A DNA stretch of 60,000 nt from Mobula hypostoma (taxonomy: Eukaryota). Below the pieces are notes generated by a model. It worked only from the letters and a program-made list of their open reading frames with translations. It was not told where the DNA came from and searched no databases. This document shows, piece after piece, positions 12,321-36,477 of this stretch; position 1 is the stretch's first letter, and each line of letters starts with the position of its first letter. The position numbers were made by a program, and so were the translations under genes. The stretch is taken from positions 95,296,001 to 95,356,000 of the forward strand of contig NC_086107.1 in the NCBI RefSeq assembly GCF_963921235.1, written 5' to 3'.

Positions 12321-14469
12321 ACACACATCAAAGTTGCTGGTGAACGCAGCAGGCCAGGCAGCATCTCTAGGAAGAGGTACAGTCGATGTTTCAGGCCGAG
12401 ACCCTTCGTCAGGACTAACTGTAGGAAGAGTGAGTAAGGGATTTGAAAGTTGGAGGGGGAGGGGGAGGGGGAGATCCAAAATTATAGGAGAAGACAGGAG
12501 GGGGAGGAATGGAGCCAAGAGCTGGACAGGTGATAGGCAAAAGGGGATATGAGAGGATCATGGGACAGGAGGTCTGGGAAGAAAGACAACGGGGGGGACC
12601 CAGAGGATGGGCAAGAGGTATATTCAGAGGGACAGAGGGAGAAAAAGGAGAGTGATAGAAAGAATGTGTGCATAAAAAAAAAGTAACAGATGGGGTATGA
12701 GGGGGAGGTGGGGCATTAGCGGAAGTTAGAGAAGTCAATGTTCATGCCATCAGGTTGGAGGCTACCCAGACGGAATATAAGGTGTTGTTCCTCCAACCTG
12801 AGAGTGGCTTCATCTTTACAGTAGAGGAGGCCGTGGATAGACATGTCAGAATGGGAATGGGATGTGGAATTAAAATGTGGGGCCACTGGGAGATCCTGCT
12901 TTCTCTGGCGGACAGAGCGTAGATGTTCAGCAAAGCGGTCTCCCAGTCTGCGTCGGGTCTCGCCAATATATAAAAGGCCACATCGGGAGCACCGGACACA
13001 GTATATCACCCCAGTCGACTCACAGGTGAAGTGTTGCCTCACCTGGAAGGACTGTTTGGGGCCCTGAATGGTGGTAAGGGAGGAAGTGTAAGGGCATGTG
13101 TAGCACTTGTTCCGCTTACACGGTTAAGTGCCAGGAGGGAGGTCAGTGGGGAGGAATGGGGGGGATGAATGGAAAAGGGAGTCGCGTAGGGAGTGATCCC
13201 TGCGGAATGCAGAGAGAGGTGGGGAGGGAAAGATGTGCTTAGTGGTGGGATCCCGTTGGAGGTGGCGGAAGTTACGGAGAATAATATGTTGGACCCGGAG
13301 GCTGGTGGGGTGGTAGGTGAGGACCAGGGGAACCCTATTCCTAGTGGGGTGGCGGGAGGATGGAGTGAGAGCAGATGTACGTGAAATGGGGGAGATGCGT
13401 TTAAGAGCAGAGTTGATAGTGGAGGAAGGGAAGCCCCTTTCTTTAAAAAAGGAAGACATCTCCCTCGTCCTGGAATGAAAAGCCTCATCCTGAGAGCAGA
13501 TGCGGCGGAGACGGAGGAATTGCGAGAAGGGGATGGCGTTTTTGCAAGAGACAGGGTGAGAAGAGGAATAGTCCAGATAGCTGTGAGAGTCAGTAGGCTT
13601 ATAGTAGACATCAGTGGATAAGCTGTCTCCGGAGACAGAGACAGAAAGATCTAGAAAGGGGAGGGAGGTGTCGGAAATGGACCAGGTAAACTTGAGGGCA
13701 GGGTGAAAGTTGGAGGCAAAGTTAATAAAGTCAACGAGTTCTGCATGCGTGCAGGAAGCAGCGCCAATGCAGTCATCGATGTAGCGAAGGAAAAGTGGGG
13801 GACAGATACCAGAATAGGCATGGAACATATATTGTTCCACAAACCCAACATATATTGTTCCACAAACCCAGGCATAGCTAGGACCCATACGGGTGCCCAT
13901 AGCTACATCTTTAGTTTGGAGGAAGTGGGAGGAGAAATTATTAAGAGTAAGGACTAATTCCGCTAGATGGAGCAGAGTGGTGGTAGAGGGGAACTGATTA
14001 GGTCTGGAATCCAAAAAAAAGCGTAGAGCTTTGAGACCTTCCTGATGGGGGATGGAAGTATATAAGGACTGGACATCCATGGTGAAAATAAAGTGGTGGG
14101 GGCCAGGGAACTTAAAATCATCGAAAAGTTTAAGAGCGTGAGAAGTGTCACGAACATAGGTCGGAAGGGATTGAACAAGGGGTGATAAAACAGTGTCAAG
14201 GTATGCAGAAATGAGTTCGGTGGGGCAGGAGCAAGCTGAGACAATAGGTCGGCCAGGACAGGCAGGTTTGTGGATCTTGGGTAGGAGGTAGAAACGGGAA
14301 GTGCGGGGTGTGGTGACTATAAGGTTGGTAGCAGTGGATGGGAGATCCCCTGAGCGGATAAAGTCGGTGATGGTGTGGGAGACAATGGCCTGGTGCTCCT
14401 TAGTGGGGTCACGATCGAGGGGTAAATAAGAGGAGGTATCCGCGAGTTGTCACTGTGCCTCGGCAAGGC
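12321..14469 (-). mobile_element. Penelope-like retroelement (RT plus GIY-YIG endonuclease), 5'-truncated and inserted into the CR1
   Basis: Minus ORF 13124-14080 has MDVQSLYTSIP, AMGTRMGPSYA and RYIDD. Minus ORF 12716-13042 has VIYCVRCSRCGLLYIGETRRRLGDRFAEH. Flanked by an ATGGCA duplication (12315-12320 and 14470-14475). Confidence 0.92.
12381..12416 (-). ncRNA. Minimal type I hammerhead ribozyme motif in a Penelope 3' region (stem III variant ACAT)
   Basis: Minus strand AGTC-CTGACGA-AGGGTCTCGGCCT-GAAA-C-ATC-GACT: core boxes intact and AGTC/GACT stem I. Confidence 0.6.
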
Positions 14470-15694
14470 ATGGCAGATGGAATTTAATGCAGACGAGTGT
14501 GAGGTGTTGCACTTTGGTTGGACTAACCAGCACAAGTCTTACACAGTGAACAGTAGGGCACTGAGGGGTGTGGTAGAACAAAGGGATCTGGGAATACAAG
14601 TCCGTAAGTCTTGAAAGTGCCGTCAAAGGTAAATAGGGTCGAAAGAAAGCTTTTAGCACATTGGCCTTCATAAATCAAGGTATTGAATACAGGAGATGGG
14701 ATGTTATGTTGAAGTTGTATAAGACGTTGGAGAGGCCTAATTTGGAGTATTCTGTGCAGTTTTGGTTACCTACCTACAGGAAAATTGTAAATAAGATTGA
14801 AATACTGCAGAGAAGATGTACAAGGATGTTGCCGGGTTAGTAGGACCTGAGTTATAAGGAAAGATTGAATACATTAGGATTTTATTCCTTGGAACGTAGA
14901 AGATTGAAGGAAGATTTGGTAGAGGTATGCAAAATTATGAGGGTAAATGCAAGCAGGTTTTTTTCCACTGAAGTCATGTTGAATGTCATGTAGAGGCCAT
15001 GGGTTAAGGGTGAAAGGTGAATAGTTTAGGGGGAAACACGAGGGGAAACTTCTTCGCTAAGAAGGTGGTGCGCATGTGGGTCAGGCTGCCCGGGTAAGTG
15101 GTGCATGCAAGCTCGATTTCAATGCTTAACAGAAGTCTGGATAGGTGTGTGGCTGGCAGGGGTATGGTCCTGGGCGGTTTAAATGGTTTGGCATGGACTA
15201 GATGGGCTGAAGGACCTGTTTCTGTGCTGTGCTTTTCTATGACTATGAGGGGGAGGAGGCAAAGATGAAGTAGTGAGGAAGGAATGAGAGATTGTAGGGG
15301 AGAAGCGAGGGCCAAAGAAGAGGAGAAGGGAGGAGGCATCAAGGAGGTGGTGGGTATATGGGAGGGGGAATGATAACAAGGAAGAGGGGGTATGGGAGGA
15401 GTGGTAGGGGGTTCATTCAGGATGGTGAATGAGAGGGAGTGGAATGGAGGGAGGAGAGGGGTGATGCTGAATGGAGGGAGTGGAAGATTTCCCTGTGGGA
15501 GGAACCACTGTCGGGAAGGGAATGGTCACTGTCATGGGGCACGAACTCCAGTTCTCCACTCCCCTCTTTCCCTCTCCTCCCCCTTCCTCCTTGTCCCTTC
15601 TGGCATCTACCCAGCCTACTCTCATCCTTCCCGTCCCCTCCACTACCCATATCTCTTCACCCCTTTCATACGTCACCAAAGACTGGCACATTTT

Positions 15695-16105
15695 CCCAGA
15701 TGTACAGCGGAAAGCATCACTCTCTGTTATGGAGGCTTGAACGATCGGGATCAGAAAAAGCTGTGGAGTGTTGTAGATGCAGCCGGTTCCATCACAAACA
15801 CAACGTGTAAACCATTGAGAACAACTTCAGGAGAATGTGCTGCAAGACGGCACCCATCACTTTCTGGGACGGAATCAGCGAGGCCTGAAGACCCACTGTC
15901 ATCATTTTAAGAACAACTTCTTCCTTTCTGCCATCAGATTTCTGAATGGTCCCAGAATCCATGAACACCACATCACTGTTTCTCTGTTGCACTTTTCATT
16001 TAATTTTGTAACTTAGTCATTTTTTTGTGTTTTGTTCTGTACTGCCGCCACAAAACAACACATTTCGGGACCGATGTCAGTGATCATGAACTTGATCCTG
16101 ATTGC
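15695..16105 (+). mobile_element. Rex1/Babar-like LINE, degenerate 3' fragment
   Basis: RCTAESIT..CYGGLNDRDQKKLWSVVDAAGSIT, then AACTTCTTCCTTTCTGCCATCAGATTTCTGAA and an AT-rich tail. Confidence 0.65.
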
Positions 16106-16154
16106 GTCCCCTCCCCCCTCAAATCCTCACCCCATCTCCTCCCCTTTCCCCTTC

Positions 16155-16385
16155 ACGCCGCAGGTGTCGCTGCAGTTGGAGTTAGCGCGTGCGACGCTTC
16201 CAGCCGCCGTGTGGCACTGTAGCAGGAGGTCCGCCTTCGACGAGGTGTGCGCAAGATGGGCGGCGTCGGCGACGGGTCGCCAACGACGGCGGGGCAAGAT
16301 GGACGGCTGGGAGGAGGTCTCGGTCCTCCCAGGTCCGTGAGGGCGGCGTGGGAGGGTGGTGGGGGGGGGCGCGGAGAGGGCGGAG
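16155..16385 (+). promoter_or_regulatory. CpG island at the HCFC1R1 first exon or promoter
   Basis: Locally very high CpG density; two CAAGATGG (YY1-like) motifs overlap the candidate ATGs. Confidence 0.7.
16299..16336 (+). CDS. HCFC1R1: HCFC1R1 first coding exon (alternative model 16256-16332)
   Basis: ATG GAC GGC TGG...GGT CC|gtgagg, phase 2 and compatible with the next exon; lies in a CpG island. Confidence 0.6.
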
Positions 16386-19300
16386 GGAAGGGTAGATGGA
16401 GGAAAGGGGTAGGGGTAGGGGTTGGGGTTGGATGGGGGCGGGAGATGCAGAAAGAGTAGAGTGGTGGGTGGGTGGGAAAGAGGGAAGCTAGAGGGCAAGA
16501 GTAATAGGGAGTTGGGAATGGGAGAGATGGGGACTGCTCCAGAAGCGCCCCCAGTTCCTCCGGCCTTCCCTCTTCCAGCTGCGGACATTGGGATGAGCAG
16601 CAGCAGCAGCAGCGTCCAGTCTTGCTGTTCATGAGATTGGTCCAAACTGGACAGTCACCACTGTGTAGAGGAAATTGCGCTCTGTCCGAATCTGCGAGCT
16701 TGATAGGGCTGAGTAAAAGCAGCTCCCCTCTGTGTCTGACCCCGGGAGTGTGTGATGGGACGGTGTGGAGGGAGCTTCACTCTGTGTCTGACTCTGGGAG
16801 TGTGTGATGGGACGGTGTGGAGGGAGATTCACTCTGTGTCTGACTCTGGGAGTGTGTGACGGGACGGTGTGGAGGGAGCTTCACTCTGTGTCTGACCCCG
16901 GGAGTGTGTGATGGGACGGTGTGGAGGGAGCTTCACTCTGTGTCTGACCCTGGGAGTGTGTGACGGGACGGTGTGGAGGGAGCTTCACTCTGTGCCTGAC
17001 CCCGGGAGTGTGTGATGGGACGGTGTGGAGGGAGCTTCACTCTGTGTCTGACCCCGGAAGTGAGTGACGGGACCGTGTGGAGGGAGCTTCACTCTGTGTC
17101 TGACCCCGGGAGTGTGTGACGGGACGGTGCGGAGGGAGCTTCACTCTGTGACTGACCCTGGGAGTGTGTGATGGGACGGTGTGGAGGGAGCTTCACTCCG
17201 TGTCTGACCCCGGAAGTGAGTGACGGGACGGTGTGGAGGGAGCTTCACTCTGTGTCTGACCCTGGGAGTGTGTGATGGGACGGTGTGGAGGGAGCTTCAG
17301 TCTGTGTCTGACCCTGGGAGTGTGTGATGGGACGGAGCGGAGGGAGCTTCACTCTGTGTCTGACCCCGGGAGTGTGTGATGGGACGGTGTGGAGGGAGCT
17401 TCACTCTGTGTCTGATCCCGGGAGTGTGTGATGGGACAGGGTGGAGGGAGCTTCGCGCTGTGTCTGACCCCGGGAGTGTGTGATGGGACGGTGCGGAGGG
17501 AGATTCACTCTGTGTCTGACCCCGGGAGTGTGTGATGGGACGGTGCGGAGGGAGCTTCACTCTGTGTCTGACCCCAGGAGTGAGTGATGGGACGGTGCGG
17601 AGGGAGCTCCACTCTGTGTCTGACCCCGGGAGTGTGTGATGGGACGGTGCGGAGGGAGCTTCACTCTGTGTCTGACCCCGGGAGTGAGTGATGGGACGGT
17701 GCGGAGGGAGCTCCACTCTGTGTCTGACCCCAGGAGTGTGTGATGGGACGGTGCGGAGGGAGCTTCACTCTGTGCCTGACCCTGGGAGTGTGTGATGGGA
17801 CAGCATGGAGGTGAGTTTGACTACCTTTCCGATTCCCTCTCTGACAGGAGGATCGAATGCCCGAGGACGATGAAGATTAAACGACACTTTGAAAAGGAAG
17901 CCGAGTAAGTGACAAACGTGTTTCTGAAATACCCCCAGTATTCAATGCCTAGTCCCAACCCTTGAGAAGTTGGGGGTGAACCACTTCATCTCTTCCTGGT
18001 GTTGGGGCTCCCAGGCTGGGAACTGTGCACACTGCGTCCAGTGAGAGTCTGACCCAGAGGAATCCGGAGACAAGAACCGTATACGGTGCTCCTGGAGTGG
18101 GTCTGACCAAGTGGATACGGAGACGAACCGTGTACGGTGCTTCCGGAGCGGTAGTAACCTATGGGATAGAGATGGGAACTGTGCAGTGCTCCCATTGTTG
18201 GTCCAAAGGATACAAAGAAGGGAATGGAAATCTTATCTCCCCCTTTGATCTCCATCCAGGGGTCCCTCACCCAAACACTTCTTATCAGAGGAAGCCATGG
18301 CAGAGCGATTCACCTGCTTGAGTCTCGGTAACGACCATGTTTACAGTACCAACGGTTTTCCTATGTCCCGGAACCGAGCAACGGCGGGTGGCCCAGACAG
18401 CTACCAGGACCCAGAGGACAGGTAACCTCTGGGAATGTGTGATGGGACGGTGTGGAGGGAGTTTCACTGTGTCTGACCTCGGGAGTGTGTGATGGGATGG
18501 TGTGGAGGGAGTTTCACTGTGTCTGACCCTGGGAGTGTGTGATGGGATGGTGTGGAGGGAGTTTCACTGTGTCTGACCCTGGGAGTGTGTGATGGGATGG
18601 TGTGGAGGGAGCCTCACGCAATGTCTAACCCCACAGTGGGTAATGGGACTGTGTGATAGGAGTTTAACCCCGGGAGTGTGTGATGGGACGGTGTGGAGGG
18701 AGTTTCACTGTGTCTGACCCCGGGAGTGTGTGATGGGACAGTGTGGAGGGAGCTTCACTCTGTGTCTGACCCCGGGAGTGTGTGATGGGACAGTGTGGAG
18801 GGAGTTTCACTGTGTCTGACCCCGGGAGTGTGTGATGGGACGATGTGGAGGGAGATGCACTGTGTCTGACCCTGGGAGTGTGTGATGGGACAGTGTGGAG
18901 GGAGCTTCACTCTGTGTCTGACCCCGGGAGTGTGTGATGGGACAGTGTGGGGGGAGTTTCACTGTGTCTGACCCCAGGAGTGTGTGATGGGACAGTGTGG
19001 GGGGAGTTTCACTCTATGTCTGACCCCGGGAGTGTGTGATGGGACGATGTGGAGGGAGCTTCACTCTGTGTCTGACCCCGGGAGTGTGTGATGGGACAGT
19101 GTGGGGGGAGTTTCACTCTATGTCTGACCCCGGGAGTGTGTGATGGGACAGTGTGGGGGTAGCTTCACTCTGTGACTGATCTGGGAATGTGTGGTGGGAT
19201 GGAGTAGGGGGATTCTCATTCTGTGTCTGTACTCCGTGAACCCCCCAGGCTCAGGACGGAGCTGAAGGAGGAAGTGCTGGCCAAGGACGTGGAGTTGGAT

Positions 19301-19970
19301 GGGATGTTTGACATGAGCGACAGTCGGGTCCTTGTTCTCTCCCCTGATCTGCAGCTCGAGCTGAGCCGTCCCGTGGACATCCTTCCCCCAGAGATTCTGC
19401 ATTCCCTGTGAGTGACTCCCACCTTCCCCAACCCCAGGGTCAGTGAGGGAGCGAGAAGAGACAGTGAGGAGGGAATGAGGGGTATTGTTAGAGGGAGAGG
19501 GGCAATGAGGGGATGGGGTGAGAGGGGAAAGAGGTACAAGGAGAGAGATTGAGAGAGACTAGACAAGACAGAGATAGGCCTCCCACCCCTTCCTTTCCCT
19601 ACACCTGCGATGGGAGAGTGGGAAAGGATGGGCCAGCGAAAATGGAGGCAGAAGGGGAGGGTGGGAGGGACAGAAGTAAGGCGGGGTGGAGACTATCAGG
19701 AGCAAGGGGAAGGAGGGGTTACAGGAGTGAGGGAAGGAAGGGCCAGTGAGGAGGGATTGATCCAGAGCCCGCTGACCCCTGTGTCTTCACCCCGCCAGGA
19801 ACCACCCCTGCATGGAGCTGTTGCTGTGGCAGCCCCCGGGACACTCGGCCCATCGAGCAATACGGTCCCTCGGCCTCGGTCTGTCCGGCAGCGAGACGGG
19901 GGTCGCCGGTCCCACCACCCCGAGGAACCAAGAGAGAAGGACAGCCGAGGAGGAGGAGATGGACGTCTGA
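16299..19970 (+). CDS. HCFC1R1: Host cell factor C1 regulator 1 (HPIP) orthologue; join(16299-16336,17848-17904,18260-18421,19249-19407,19799-19970), about 195 aa
   Basis: MKIKRHFEKEAEGPSPKHFLSEEAMAERFTCLSLGNDHVYS matches human MSTKRRLEEEQEPLRKQFLSEENMATHFSQLSLHNDHPYCS, including the D/E-H-x-Y HCF-binding motif. NHPCMELLLWQPPG matches SPCSELLLWRYPG. All introns are phase 2 GT-AG, and the gene neighbours THOC6. Confidence 0.88.
16727..17812. repeat. 52-bp minisatellite array, about 21 units, in HCFC1R1 intron 1
   Basis: Unit CTCTGTGTCTGACCCCGGGAGTGTGTGATGGGACGGTGTGGAGGGAGCTTCA. Confidence 0.95.
17848..17904 (+). CDS. HCFC1R1: HCFC1R1 exon 2 (57 nt)
   Basis: cag|G AGG ATC...GCC GA|gtaagt; RIECPRTMKIKRHFEKEAE. 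Confidence 0.85.
18260..18421 (+). CDS. HCFC1R1: HCFC1R1 exon 3 (162 nt), contains the HCF-binding motif DHVY
   Basis: cag|G GGT...GAC AG|gtaacc; GPSPKHFLSEEAMAERFTCLSLGNDHVYSTNGF. Confidence 0.9.
18428..19200. repeat. 50-52 bp minisatellite array, about 15 units, in HCFC1R1 intron 3
   Basis: Same family as 16727-17812, with 2-nt length variants. Confidence 0.93.
19249..19407 (+). CDS. HCFC1R1: HCFC1R1 exon 4 (159 nt), CCDC117-like segment
   Basis: cag|G CTC AGG...TCC CT|gtgagt; LRTELKEEVLAKDVELDGMFDMSDSRVLVLSPDLQLELSRPVDILPPEILHSL; frame-preserving. Confidence 0.85.
19799..19970 (+). CDS. HCFC1R1: HCFC1R1 terminal exon
   Basis: cag|G AAC CAC...GTC TGA; NHPCMELLLWQPPG...EEEEMDV*; AATAAA at 20009-20014. 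Confidence 0.9.
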
Positions 19971-20008
19971 CCAGAGGGTGGCCGGGTTGGGGACTGACCC
20001 ACGTCAGA

Positions 20009-20014
20009 AATAAA
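20009..20014 (+). terminator. Probable HCFC1R1 polyadenylation signal
   Basis: AATAAA 38 nt after the stop, followed by GT-rich sequence. Confidence 0.65.
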
Positions 20015-20629
20015 TATCAATGATCATCTGGTTGTGTATCTGACACCTGGTCATGGAGGGGGAAGAAAGGACTGTGAACCCGAAGCCCGGCCCTGGGTGG
20101 GGGACGGGACTGTGTGTCAGAAGCCCGTTCCCAGAGGGTGGGGGACGGGACTGTGTGTCAGAAGCCCAGTCCCAGAGGGTGGGTGACAGGTGATGTGTTC
20201 CTCTCCTCCCCAAGTGTGGGTAGGGAGGGGGAGGACAAATTACTGAAATCTTGGCGATGTTTTATCTCAATTTAAATTTTACTTCATACATTATTTGATT
20301 CCATGATCGGTTACATTCCCAGCGACAAAAAAAAATTTATACAAATATTACAGAGAGAGGTTATAAATTTCAGAGAAACCATAATTAGCATTAGTGCAAA
20401 ATCATCTGGGGTGGCGTTAGTTAATTCGCGATATCGGAATGTTGACAGAGAGAGGGAAAGGGACGAGGGGAAGGAAATTTGGGCGGGGGGAGAGTTTGGT
20501 CCGAATGTGGGAGGGAGGCAGGACCATTCCTGCAATGAGCAGTGTAGCAGGAGACATCATAATCCCACTGACATCGAGTGAAACAGTGAGGGGCAGATCA
20601 AAATCACTACGAGTGGGAAATCAGGTGCA

Positions 20630-21345
20630 CGGGTTACGGTGAGGGGTTACCGGTGTTACAGTGAGGGTGGGAGGGTACTGGTGTTAGGTGTGTGTCATTG
20701 ACAAAGCGAGTGTTATGGGGAGTGTTAGTGTTACAGTGAGGGGTGGGAGGGAACCAGTGTTAAGTGTGTGTCAGTGACAAAGCGAGTGTTATGGGGAGCA
20801 TTAGTGTTACAGTGAGGGGTATAGGGAGTATTGGTTTTACAGTGAGGTGTGTGGGAAATCTGTGTTGGGGTGGGAGGTATTGGTGTTACAGTGAGGGGTA
20901 GGGGTATCGGTGTTACAATCAGGAGTGTAGGGAGTATCGGTGTTATGGTGAGGAAGAGTCAGTGTTACAGTGAGGTGTGGGGGAAATCTGTGTTGGGGTG
21001 GGGATATCAGTTTTACAGTGAGGGGTGTGGGATATCGGTTGTTATGATCAGGGGTGCAGGGAGTATCGGTGTTATGGTGAGGAAGAGTCAGTGTTACAGT
21101 GAGGTGTGGGGGAAATCTGTGTTGGGGTGGGGAATCTGTTACGGTGAGGGGTGTGGGATATCGGTGTTGGGGTGGGGATGTCAGTTGTTATGATCAGGGG
21201 TGCAGGGAGTATCAGTGTTGCGGGGAGGGATGAGGGAGAGTATTAATGTTACAGTGAGAGGTGCAGGATCTGTGTTGGTGGGGGGAGGTATCAGTTTTAC
21301 AGTGAGGAGTGAGGGGGTGTTGGTGTCACAGTGAGTGTTATGGGG
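20630..21345. repeat. Degenerate GT-rich tandem repeat
   Basis: Recurrent GGTGTTACAGTGAGGGG cores with an internal duplication of about 130 bp. Confidence 0.75.
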
Positions 21346-22816
21346 CATATTAGAGTTATAATGAGGTGTGTGTGTTTAGTGCTTGAGGCCACACACACTG
21401 TTAAACCTGTGTCATTTCATTCACCCTCCCAGTGCCTTTTTGGACCCTGGTGGGCAGGATTTAGTGAGACCCCACACTGACTCGCCCTTCTCACCTAAAT
21501 TCAGACCAGTGCAACGCCAGGTTGATGACTAAAAACCTTGTTGCCTCCCGTTCTGGAACCATGGAGAAAGGTGAAACCTCTGCAAAATAAGCCTGTCTCC
21601 CATTCCTGGGGTCTCATCAACTCCCCCCACCATCCGGAGGTGTTTCCCAGTTGGTCCGGCACCCATCTGGCATTCATTAGGCAGAGGAATTCCAACTAGG
21701 AATTACTGCCTCGCTCCACTACTGTTGGGAAGAGTTGGGGTGGAACGGGGCGCACTCTTGGACACTGGGGAACCCACCAAATGCTAAGGCGTAGGGCATT
21801 AGGACCTCGGGGTGCCTAACAAATGCAAGTGATGTGGACATTTGGCCCCTGGGAGGAAACCCGAGGAACACTACAATGCCTTTTATGCTAGGGAAGCCTT
21901 GCCAGATGGAACAGTTGTGGGCATTAGGATCCCCTGGAATTCAGAGAGGGTACTGGGACTCCACTCAGCACAATAGTGCAGACATTTGAACCCAGCAGAA
22001 CTAATGGAGCAAAATATTTCATGTTTGGACCCTGGGGAGCCCACTGAATACACCCACGTGGGCACAGAACAAAATACTGCAAGAATTTAGACCGGACACT
22101 TGGACCCTGAGGAATCCACCGAGCACAATGCTGCAGGCATCTAACAGGACCCTGGGAAACCCACTGAATGTGCTCATTTGGGTCTTAGTGCCCATACTGC
22201 AAGCATCTGGACCCCACACTGTGGACATCTGAATCACGGGGAACCCAGTAAGCTCAATCGTGTGGCGGAAGTCCAAAAGCAAACCCTGTCAGAACCCACT
22301 CAATACACCGCAGACCAACAGGATCCGGAGAAATCGCTAAACACACAATCATCCAATAAAATCCCAATAGCCCATACATCACTGGCCAGTGTAACCAGTT
22401 AATACACATCAATTGGACTTAAGGGATCCAGTAATTACAGGACTAGCCAATAGGATCCAGGAAAATCCAGTAATTACAACACTTAAGTAGAGAACCCACA
22501 TGGGGATGCAGCAGTAATTACAGAACTAGCCAATGGGATTTGGGGAGATCTAGTAATTACATCAACGAGCTAGAGATCTCTGAGGATCCAGTAGTTACAT
22601 CACTGATTGATAGGACCCTGGAAAGGATCCAGTGCAAATGCACACACACACACATCAGTATGGGCATTAGGACCTGGTGGAAGCGGGCAGGCCCAGACAG
22701 TCCCCCTGCCTGTTGGGTGAGCTGCAGAGGGCTGGGGTCAGGCGTGCCGGCTCCCCTGGGTCCACCTGCTACCACCCCAACCCGTGCCGCTCCCCACCCA
22801 CCCCTGGACACTTGGA

Positions 22817-35891
<13,075 letters not shown>

Positions 35892-36240
35892 AGGGTGATT
35901 CCCGGGGCCGCAGGCCCGGGCCTCCCCTCCCTCCCTCCCTCGGCGGGTGCCGCCACCGATTCCGCTGTCCCGCCGTCCGACGCCCGTCCGTCCCTCCGCC
36001 CTCCGCTAGGCGCTGACGTCAACGCGCCGAGTCACCATCCGCCGCGGGGCCCGGACGTCTGCGCGTCGTCTGCTCAGTCCCCTGACGTCATGACGCTGCC
36101 TTCCGTCGGCCGCTGGCCCCCAGCACTGAGGGGCAAACAGGCGGCGCTTGGCTTCACGGGTTACCATGGAAACATCGACTTGGTCCTCCCGGAGACTGCG
36201 CCTCCTTGGCGATGGGATGCCAGGCGGAGGGACGGAGGGG
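35892..36240 (-). promoter_or_regulatory. CpG-island promoter of the Rab35-like gene with two full CRE sites and an RFX X-box
   Basis: High CpG density; TGACGTCA at 36014-36021 and 36083-36090; GTTACCATGGAAAC at 36160-36173. Confidence 0.8.
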
Positions 36241-36344
36241 TGTGAGAGGTGAGATGGGGAGGCTAGGGAGGGAGGAAGAAGGTAAGGAGCACTCACAACA
36301 CGCTGGAGGAACTCAGCAGGTCGGGCAGCATCAGTGGAAAAGAT

Positions 36345-36382
36345 CGGTCGACGTTTCGGGCCGGAACCCTTCGTCAGGATCG
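36345..36382 (-). ncRNA. Minimal hammerhead ribozyme motif in a short Penelope-derived element (about 36295-36440)
   Basis: Minus strand CGATC-CTGACGA-AGGGTTCCGGCCC-GAAA-C-GTC-GACCG; intact core, palindromic ACGT stem III, GUC cleavage triplet. Confidence 0.65.
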
Positions 36383-36477
36383 TAGGGGGAAGGGCAGAGG
36401 CCCTATAAAGAAGGTGGGGAGAGGGTGGGATGGAGAAGGTAAGGAGGGAGTGAACGATGAGGAAGGAGAGAGCAAGA

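Larger units (their letters stand above)
9030..15248 (+). mobile_element. Near full-length degenerate CR1 LINE (ORF1 Cys-rich plus SGNH esterase; ORF2 APE endonuclease plus RT), split by a Penelope-like insertion; 5' boundary approximate
   Basis: ORF1 remnants: ECSSCRM..TCKKCVQL, VVIGDSLVRG, VVVHVGTND. ORF2 remnants: CVYFNAGSIVGKADEL..YDIVAISDTWL, PGNYRAVSLTSVVGK, KFADDT, LERPNLEYSVQFW. Many stops and frameshifts; ends in a TCTATGACTATGA tail. Confidence 0.88.

Noticed and set aside
16727..19200. Repetitive ORFs (HRPITHSRGQTQSEAPS...) and a possible CRISPR array
   Set aside because: Head-to-tail 52-bp units with no spacers; the ORFs are by-products of the repeat.
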